Assembly: GCA_963774265.1 (NCBI GenBank)
Contig: CAVZDU010000003.1
Location: forward strand, 256,001-320,000
Source: an uncultured Chloroflexia bacterium
GTDB lineage: Bacteria; Chloroflexota; Anaerolineae; CG2-30-64-16
Direction: 5' to 3'
Length of the DNA: 64,000 bases
Notes under the pieces: model-generated
What the model was told of the DNA's origin: nothing
Seen by the model: only the letters and a program-made list of their open reading frames with translations
Databases searched by the model: none
Made by a program: the position numbers and the translations under genes
Part shown: positions 55,567-64,000 of the stretch, piece by piece
Layout of the letters: each line of letters opens with the position of its first letter
How positions within the stretch are numbered: position 1 is the first letter of the stretch

Positions 55567-56808
55567 ATGCAAGTGGTCTATGAGCGGTGCTGCGGGATCG
55601 ATGTGCACAAGCGCACGGTGGTGGCGTGTGCGATCGTGCCTGGGCCGGATGGGCAATCGGTGAAGGAGACCCGCACGTTTGATACCTTGACCGAGAACCT
55701 GGAAGCACTGGCGGAATGGTTGCAGGGCCTTGGGGTCACGCACGTGGCGATGGAGAGCACCGGGGTGTACTGGAAGCCGGTGTACAACCTGCTCGACGGG
55801 CGGTTTGCCATTCTGGTGGTCAATGCAGAGCACATCAAGGCGTTAGCTGGCCGCAAGACGGATGTGCAAGATGCGGAGCGGATTGCGGACCTGCTGCGGC
55901 ACGGGCTGCTCAAAGGGAGCTTCATTCCTTCGGCTGAGCTACGTGCGTTGCGCGATCTGACTCGCTACCGCACCAAGCTGGGCGATGAGCGCGTCAGTGA
56001 GATCAATCGGGTGCAGAAGGTGCTGGAAGACGCCAACATCAAGCTGGCGAGCGTGGCGACCGATGTGATGGGTGTCAGCGGACGAGCGATGCTGGATCAG
56101 ATCGTGCAAGGCCAGGCCGATCCAGCCGTGTTGGCCGAGCTGGCCAAGGGTCGCCTGCGGGACAAGCTGGACCTGCTGCAGAAGGCGCTAAGTGGACGCG
56201 TGCAGGCGCATCATCGCTTCATGTTGGCGCAGCACCTGAGCCACATCGACTTCTTGGACGAGGCCATCGACCGGCTCGACCAGCAGATCGCGGAGCAGAT
56301 GCGCCCTTTTGCGCCGGCGCTGGCGGCCTGGGACTCGCTGCCGGGGATCAACCAGCGGATTGCGGAGATCGTCGTCGCTGAGATTGGGGCCGACCTGCAG
56401 CCGTTCGAGGATGCGGAGCATCTGGCTTCGTGGGCGGGCATGTGTCCCGGCAACAACGAAAGTGCCGGCAAACGCTACAGTGGCAAGACCCGCAAAGGCA
56501 GTCCCTGGCTGCGGCGAGCCTTGGTGGAAGCGGCGCACGGCGCTGCCCGCACCAAGCACAAGTACTTCCAGGCGCTCTATGGGCGCCTGGCGGCCCGGCG
56601 GGGCAAACAACGGGCGCTAATGGCCGTCGGGCACAGCTTGCTGGTCACCGGTTACTACTTGATCACCCGGCAAACCAAGTACGAGGACTTAGGCGGCAAC
56701 TACTTCGACGAGCGCGACTGTGAAGCTGTGAAGCGGCGGGCCGTCAAACGCCTGGAGAAGCTGGGCTATCAGGTCCAACTGGTGCCAGCCGCCGTCCCAA
56801 CCGGGTAA
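55567..56808 (+). CDS. IS110 family transposase/recombinase (DEDD RuvC + Tnp20)
   Basis: CGIDVHK, VAMESTGVYW, GRKTDVQDA, SWAGMCPGNNESAGK, KGSPWLR. Confidence 0.96.
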   Translation: MQVVYERCCGIDVHKRTVVACAIVPGPDGQSVKETRTFDTLTENLEALAEWLQGLGVTHVAMESTGVYWKPVYNLLDGRFAILVVNAEHIKALAGRKTDVQDAERIADLLRHGLLKGSFIPSAELRALRDLTRYRTKLGDERVSEINRVQKVLEDANIKLASVATDVMGVSGRAMLDQIVQGQADPAVLAELAKGRLRDKLDLLQKALSGRVQAHHRFMLAQHLSHIDFLDEAIDRLDQQIAEQMRPFAPALAAWDSLPGINQRIAEIVVAEIGADLQPFEDAEHLASWAGMCPGNNESAGKRYSGKTRKGSPWLRRALVEAAHGAARTKHKYFQALYGRLAARRGKQRALMAVGHSLLVTGYYLITRQTKYEDLGGNYFDERDCEAVKRRAVKRLEKLGYQVQLVPAAVPTG

Positions 56809-56835
56809 TCGAGATCATTTTCGAAGGAGTCATCC

Positions 56836-57879
56836 ATGAATCCAGTTTTGCTGAAACTCGGCCCTTTTCAGGTGCACTGGTATGGCCTGTTGATCGTCCT
56901 CGGCGCAGTGTTAGCGGCCTGGCTGGCAACCAAAGAGGCGCAGCGCCGCGGCGAAGATCCGGAGCACGTGTGGAACTTGCTCACGTGGTGCTTGATTCTC
57001 GGCATCATCGGCGCGCGACTGTATCACGTTTTCTCCACGCCCACCGGTAACTTCGCCGGCTGGGCGTACTATCGCGAGAATCCGCTCGACATTATCAAGT
57101 TCTGGAACGGTGGTTTCCGCGGCCTGGGCATCTATGGCGCAGTCGCGGGCGGTGTCCTGGCGGTCATCATCTACGCGTGGCGCAACAAACTGGTTCTGCT
57201 GCGTTGGTTGGACATTCCCACCCCAGGGCTGCTGGTGGCGCAAGCGATAGGCCGGTTGGGCAATCGCATCAATCAGGAACTGTACGGTCCGCCGACGGAT
57301 CGCCCTTGGGCATTCCACATCGATCCGCGCTTTCCGTGCCAGGAGCCGGCCGGTTCGCCCAATGCATGCGGCCTATCCGACCGTCTGACGCCCGAAGCCG
57401 CCGAGTGGTACAGCGCCAACGGTTTCCACCCGACATTCTTCTACGAGATGCTATGGAATCTGGCCGGCTTCCTGGTCCTCTGGTTCGGCGGTCGCGCGTT
57501 GGTCAAGAAGCTGCGCGACGGCGACATCTTCTTCGCCTACATGATCTGGTACGGGATCGGTCGTTACTGGGTCGAGATGTTCCGGCCTGACGCATGGCGC
57601 ATGGGCGCGCTGGCCACCGCACAGTGGATTGCCCTCGGAATGATCGCAGCGGGCGTCCTTGCCATCATCATTAACCACATGCGCCCTCAGCGCGCAGTCC
57701 CGGAGCCCGTGGCGGTTGAACCTGCAGCGGTTGAACCTGCGGTGGTTGAACCCGTGGCAGATGAACCCGTGGTGGCTGAGCCAGCGGCGCTTGAATCCGT
57801 GCCGGATGAACCTGTAGCGGTTGAACCCGCGGCACATGAACCCGTGGCGGCTGAACCCGAGGACAGCGAAGCGGTATAG
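56836..57879 (+). CDS. lgt: Prolipoprotein diacylglyceryl transferase with acidic repeat tail
   Basis: VHWYGLLI, GARLYHV, AQAIGRLGN..NQELYG, HPTFFYE, Y..GR...E..R; C-terminal VEPAA repeats. Confidence 0.93.
   Translation: MNPVLLKLGPFQVHWYGLLIVLGAVLAAWLATKEAQRRGEDPEHVWNLLTWCLILGIIGARLYHVFSTPTGNFAGWAYYRENPLDIIKFWNGGFRGLGIYGAVAGGVLAVIIYAWRNKLVLLRWLDIPTPGLLVAQAIGRLGNRINQELYGPPTDRPWAFHIDPRFPCQEPAGSPNACGLSDRLTPEAAEWYSANGFHPTFFYEMLWNLAGFLVLWFGGRALVKKLRDGDIFFAYMIWYGIGRYWVEMFRPDAWRMGALATAQWIALGMIAAGVLAIIINHMRPQRAVPEPVAVEPAAVEPAVVEPVADEPVVAEPAALESVPDEPVAVEPAAHEPVAAEPEDSEAV
57706..57859 (+). repeat. Degenerate 15-bp coding repeats (VEPAA) in the lgt tail
   Basis: GCGGTTGAACCTGCA-like units, about 10 copies. 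Confidence 0.75.
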
Positions 57880-57996
57880 TAGCCATAGAATATCGGCCTT
57901 CAAGGTTTGCGCCAATTCGTACTATCCCCAACTGAACTGCGCCCCGGCAGTTTGGGACCAGCGTGCGAAATCTTGAAGGCCCATCTTGCGCCATCA

Positions 57997-58020
57997 ACCC
58001 ACCCCCCCGGGGGAGGGGAT
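57997..58020 (+). promoter_or_regulatory. Putative CsoR operator (C-tract/G-tract pseudo-palindrome)
   Basis: ACCCACCCCCCCGGGGGAGGGGAT upstream of csoR; CsoR/RcnR operators typically contain C/G tracts. Confidence 0.5.
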
Positions 58021-58092
58021 CGCAACCCGCGTTACAGAACCTCCTCATTTTCTGTGCTAGAATGCCCTCTGTATGGAGGAATATCTAGCGAA

Positions 58093-58368
58093 ATGGACGA
58101 CCAGACCAAAGCGGGGGTGATCCGGAGGCTGCAGAGCGTCGAAGGCCACGTCCGCGGCATCCAGCGCATGGTTGAAGACGATAAGTACTGCATCGACGTG
58201 ATCAAGCAGATCAGCGCGGTGCAGGCGGCTCTGAACAAGGCGCAGGAGATTATCCTCGATGAGCACCTGCACTCCTGTGTGACGACCGCGATCCGGGGTG
58301 ACGATGCCGAGCGTCGTGAGGCTGTCATCGACGAAATCTTAGGCGTTTTTTCTATCACCAACAAATAG
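58093..58368 (+). CDS. csoR: Copper-sensing repressor CsoR
   Basis: RLQSVEGHVRGIQRMVEDDKYCIDVIKQISAV ... HLHSCV. Confidence 0.92.
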   Translation: MDDQTKAGVIRRLQSVEGHVRGIQRMVEDDKYCIDVIKQISAVQAALNKAQEIILDEHLHSCVTTAIRGDDAERREAVIDEILGVFSITNK

Positions 58369-58384
58369 CATAGGAGAATGAACC

Positions 58385-58594
58385 ATGTCCGTAAATGTTA
58401 AACTGAACATCCCGAATATTTCCTGCCATCATTGCACCAATACCGTGATGCGCGAGACCAAGGACCTGCCCGGCGTCGAAAGCGTCGAGGCCGATGTGGA
58501 GACCAAGACCGCAACCTTCACCCTGAAAACCGAAGCAGATTTGTCCCTCGTCAGGGAAACTCTGGCGGAGATTGGGTACCCGGCAGCGAACTAA
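58385..58594 (+). CDS. copZ: Copper chaperone (HMA domain)
   Basis: NISCHHC motif, 69 aa, ends IGYP. Confidence 0.88.
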   Translation: MSVNVKLNIPNISCHHCTNTVMRETKDLPGVESVEADVETKTATFTLKTEADLSLVRETLAEIGYPAAN

Positions 58595-58623
58595 GTAGCG
58601 ACGCAACGGATGGCCTGCGGCCA

Positions 58624-58665
58624 AAACGGACACCTGCCGGTGGGTGCAGGTGTCCGTTTCGTTTT
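58624..58665 (+). terminator. Intrinsic terminator-like hairpin between copZ and copA
   Basis: AAACGGACACCTGC / GCAGGTGTCCGTTT 14-bp stem followed by CGTTTT. Confidence 0.6.
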
Positions 58666-58695
58666 CCGTTGCGGCGCAGCCCCCAAGAGAATAGA

Positions 58696-60888
<2,193 letters not shown>

Positions 60889-60913
60889 CCTGAATCATGT
60901 GTGACGTTTGTCG

Positions 60914-60942
60914 TTGACACTCGGGGGCTCCAATGTTATACT
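60914..60942 (+). promoter_or_regulatory. Sigma70 promoter of the ccm operon
   Basis: TTGACA (60914-60919), 17 bp, TG-n-TATACT (60937-60942). Confidence 0.75.
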
Positions 60943-60984
60943 CCGACTTGTCAGCCACACGGCAACACGCGAAACGGAGGATTG

Positions 60985-61464
60985 ATGGCGGAAAACTCCA
61001 CCATTTTGAAGGGCGCTGTATCGACCAGTAAGGCGAATAGCAAGGTTAAGTTCATCGCGGGTGGGCTCGTGATCGTCGGACTCATCGCGTACCTGATCGT
61101 TTCGTCCATCTCCAGCGCTGGCGCGTACTACCGCGAGGTGGGCGAGGTGCTCTCACAGCGCGATGCGCTCGCGGGCAAGAACCTGCGTGTGAGCGGCAAT
61201 GTCGTCACTGAAAGCGTGACCTACGACGCGGCCAAGTTGAATCTGAACTTCATGATCTCAGACCCGACTGACGCGAACAAGCAGCTAGCCGTGTACTTCC
61301 ATGGCGTCCAACCTGACCAAATCTCACGCGAGGGCGCAAGCGCTATTGTTGAGGGTTCCCTGGGTCCCAACGGCGTGGTTGAGGCGAACAACCTGCTTCT
61401 GAAGTGCCCGTCTCGCTACGAGGAATACGAACAAGAAGAGATCAGGGTCGAGGCTATCAAGTAG
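60985..61464 (+). CDS. ccmE: Cytochrome c maturation heme chaperone CcmE (CxxxY variant)
   Basis: N-terminal TM, YY, LRVSGNVV, V.F.G..PD, IVEG, LLLKCPSRY. Confidence 0.88.
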   Translation: MAENSTILKGAVSTSKANSKVKFIAGGLVIVGLIAYLIVSSISSAGAYYREVGEVLSQRDALAGKNLRVSGNVVTESVTYDAAKLNLNFMISDPTDANKQLAVYFHGVQPDQISREGASAIVEGSLGPNGVVEANNLLLKCPSRYEEYEQEEIRVEAIK

Positions 61465-61613
61465 CCTACGCCTTGACGAATCGTTTGAACGGTCGCCTGC
61501 CAGTGGCTCATTGCGTTTGAGCCGGTGGGTGGCCGTTTTTGCGTCACTATGATATAACTCTTGCGCGGTGCTTGCCCGACCGCGCAACACGTCCAGAAAG
61601 GTCCCATCGCTTC

Positions 61614-63392
61614 ATGAGACTCATCCGAACCGTCATTGCCTGCGCACTTATCGCCTCGCTCATCCTGCCCATCTCGACGGCCCTGGCCCAGGAAGCCCCG
61701 ACCACCCCGCCTCAGCCGCTCAGCGGCCAGGCCAGCTTTGCAGAGAACTGTGCACCGTGCCATGGCTCAGCAGGCAAGGGCGATGGAGCCAGTGCCTCCG
61801 GGCTTGGCGTTCCCCCTACGGCACTCGGAGAGTACGACAAGATCGCAGTGCGCTCGTTCCAGGAGCTGTTCGATATCACGAAAAACGGCAACATGCAGCG
61901 CATGATGCCGCCCTGGGGCAGCCGCCTGACCGATCAGAAGATTTGGGACACGGTCGGCTATGCCTGGAGCCTGCACACGAGCCGCGACGAGGCTGACCGG
62001 GGCCAGGCGGTGTACGAGGCCTCTTGCGAGTCGTGTCATGGCCCTGATGGCAAGGGCGTCGCGGCCGGCGCGCCGGACCTGGCCGACTTTACGGTCACCA
62101 GCAAGGCCAGCCAGGCCCAGTGGGCGCAGGCCGTGGCCAACGGCAAGGGGACGATGCCCGCGTTTGCGGGCAAACTGAGCGATGCCGATCAACGCGCGGC
62201 GCTGACCTACGTCCGCAGTTTGTCGCTCGGCGGACCGCTATTCCGCGCAGCCCTGACCGCAGGCACGGGCGTGATCAGCGGCACGGTGACCAACAAGACC
62301 ACCGGCAAGCCGATGCCTGATCTAACCATCCAGTTGGGCATCTTTGACCAGGCCAGCCAGCTCGAACAACGCACCGGCGCCACCGACACTGCGGGCAACT
62401 ATCGCTTCGCAGATTTGCCGACCGACGCCACTTTGGCATATGCCATCCGCGCAGAGTACCCTGCCGATGTGCCGTATAGCTCGGACTTCGTCAGCTTTGA
62501 GGCCGGCAAGACCGAGCTGGATCTGCCCCTCTCCGTATTCGAGACGACGACTGACCCCGCGGGTGTGCGCGCTGAGCGCGTTCACTATATCGTCGAGTTC
62601 AGCGGCGGTTTCGCCGCGATCGCCGAGCTGATCGTGTTCAGCCTGGACGGCGATCGGGCCTATCTCGGGGACGGCAACCATGTGCTGCAGTTCCCGTTGC
62701 CGCCGGGTGCGCAGGATCTGGCGGTCAACGAAGGTGAGCTCGGCAGCCGCTTCGTTCAGATCGGCAATGGCTTTGTCGACCTGTTGCCCCTCCCGCCGGG
62801 GCAGAACGTGCGCCAGGTGCTTTTCCGCTATGCGCTGCCTTACACCGGCTCAGCCCTCGACCTCGTTCGCTCGCTCCCCTATCCGGCAGCGAATGTTAAT
62901 GCGTTGATCGCTGACGTCGGCCAGACGATCAACAGCCCCGATTTGGCCGACCAGGGCAAGCGCGCGTCGGAGGGCGGTTCCTATTACAACCTGGTAGCCA
63001 AAGACGTTCCTGCAAACAAGGAAGTGCGGATCAGCATGACCGGCTTGCCTTCGCCCACAGGGGGTGGAGTCGACATGGGTGCGACATCCGGCACGGCCGC
63101 AACCAGCGCTGCCGGCGGCTTGAATAAGTGGGTGATCATTGGCCTGATTGCTCTGGCGGCAGCTGGTGCAGTGCTCCTCGTTGCGATGCCGATCCTGCGT
63201 GCACAAAACAAGCATGGTCTGCTCGCGAGCAACCAACCCGGTGTGTCGAGGAGTGACGCACTGATAGATGCCCTGGCAGACCTGGACCTGGCTTACGAGG
63301 CAGGCGAAATAGCCGAATCCACCTATCGTGACCAGCGCCTGCGGCTAAAGGCCCAGTTGCGCGATCTTACGCGTAAGGAAGCTCAAGGGTGA
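61614..63392 (+). CDS. Diheme c-type cytochrome with extracytoplasmic beta domains, TM and CcmI-like C-terminal tail
   Basis: Signal peptide; CAPCHG and CESCHG with MPPW/MPAF distal Met motifs; C-terminal LADLDLAYEAGEIAESTY. Confidence 0.8.
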   Translation: MRLIRTVIACALIASLILPISTALAQEAPTTPPQPLSGQASFAENCAPCHGSAGKGDGASASGLGVPPTALGEYDKIAVRSFQELFDITKNGNMQRMMPPWGSRLTDQKIWDTVGYAWSLHTSRDEADRGQAVYEASCESCHGPDGKGVAAGAPDLADFTVTSKASQAQWAQAVANGKGTMPAFAGKLSDADQRAALTYVRSLSLGGPLFRAALTAGTGVISGTVTNKTTGKPMPDLTIQLGIFDQASQLEQRTGATDTAGNYRFADLPTDATLAYAIRAEYPADVPYSSDFVSFEAGKTELDLPLSVFETTTDPAGVRAERVHYIVEFSGGFAAIAELIVFSLDGDRAYLGDGNHVLQFPLPPGAQDLAVNEGELGSRFVQIGNGFVDLLPLPPGQNVRQVLFRYALPYTGSALDLVRSLPYPAANVNALIADVGQTINSPDLADQGKRASEGGSYYNLVAKDVPANKEVRISMTGLPSPTGGGVDMGATSGTAATSAAGGLNKWVIIGLIALAAAGAVLLVAMPILRAQNKHGLLASNQPGVSRSDALIDALADLDLAYEAGEIAESTYRDQRLRLKAQLRDLTRKEAQG

Positions 63393-64000
63393 GTGAATCC
63401 GACACCCCGATGATTGAGGTGAGGAACCTCGTCAAGTCGTTTGGCGCCAAGCATGCGCTGCGCGGTGTCAATCTGCGCGTCATGCCCGGCGAATCTCTCG
63501 TGATTTTCGGACCCAACGGCGCGGGCAAGACGACACTCGTTCGTATCCTTTCCAGCCTGAGCCGGCCCAGTGGGGGAACGGTGCGCATCGGCGGGCTGGA
63601 CCTGGCGACGCATTCGGACGGCATCCGGCGCTACCTGGGCGTGGTTTCCCACGCGCCGCTGCTCTACGACAGCCTGACCGCCGAAGAGAATCTGAGCTTC
63701 TTCGCCGGACTGTACGGCATGAAACAGCCGGAGGAACGCATCAGGGCGATGCTGCAGCGAGTGGGGCTCTATGGCCGCCGAGGCGACCTGGTGCGCACAT
63801 TCTCGCGCGGCATGGTGCAGCGCCTGGCGATCGCGCGGGCACTCCTGCATGATCCCGAGGTGCTCCTGCTGGACGAACCGGACACGGGGCTGGATCCCCA
63901 GGCCGCTGAGATGCTCCACGGTCTGCTTTCCGAACTGAGCGGCCGTGCGACCGCCGGCCCCGGCGAGCCGGATCGAGCCGGCGCGCCTGTGGAGCGACCG
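63389..64000 (+). CDS. ccmA: Heme ABC exporter ATP-binding subunit CcmA, partial at window edge
   Basis: GTG overlapping the previous stop; GPNGAGKTT, VSHAPLLYDSLTAEENL, FSRGMVQRL, LLLDEPDTGLD; follows ccmE. Confidence 0.8.
   Translation, partial: MSESDTPMIEVRNLVKSFGAKHALRGVNLRVMPGESLVIFGPNGAGKTTLVRILSSLSRPSGGTVRIGGLDLATHSDGIRRYLGVVSHAPLLYDSLTAEENLSFFAGLYGMKQPEERIRAMLQRVGLYGRRGDLVRTFSRGMVQRLAIARALLHDPEVLLLDEPDTGLDPQAAEMLHGLLSELSGRATAGPGEPDRAGAPVERP

Larger units (their letters stand above)
55331..56829 (+). mobile_element. IS110-family insertion sequence
   Basis: Transposase plus ~235-bp 5' non-coding end; no terminal inverted repeats; both junctions share GGAGT (55327-55331 and 56826-56830). 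Confidence 0.85.

Overview
GC-rich bacterial window, most consistent with Chloroflexota (Anaerolineae/Caldilineae-like). This is inferred from the Thr/Pro-rich secreted proteins, the C-terminal 'FLPIILR' motif and the gene content. Many genes at ~6.9, 9.7-32.5, 39-44 and 48-53 kb are broken by single-base frameshifts, most likely long-read consensus errors, so their coordinates are reconstructed and approximate. In order, the window holds: (1) a TetR-regulated ABC-2/HlyD efflux operon; (2) two secreted Thr/Pro-rich proteins; (3) a ~35 kb minus-strand sugar-catabolic supercluster with L-rhamnose genes (rhaA, two rhaB, class II aldolases, rhamnose-dehydrogenase-like SDR, ABC importer whose binding protein is a near-identical triplication, DeoR-sugar-binding fusion regulator) wrapped around an unexplained module (RuBisCO-like protein, apiose-isomerase-like enzyme, split transketolase, two E1a/E1b/E2 sets without E3, UPF0261 + PEP-hydrolase-family pair, formyltransferase-like protein, class II FBP aldolase, cupin, MBL hydrolase), plus a steroid 5-alpha-reductase-like/epimerase pair; (4) CBS and META proteins, ppk1 and a nucleoside-phosphorylase-fold protein; (5) a split B12-dependent methionine synthase with a RACo/RamA activator; (6) an IS110 element inserted at the lgt ribosome-binding site, whose left non-coding end carries visible target and donor guide matches (candidate bridge RNA); (7) csoR-copZ-copA; (8) the start of a cytochrome c maturation operon. 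The best candidate for a new system is the RLP-centred branched/deoxy-sugar catabolic pathway.
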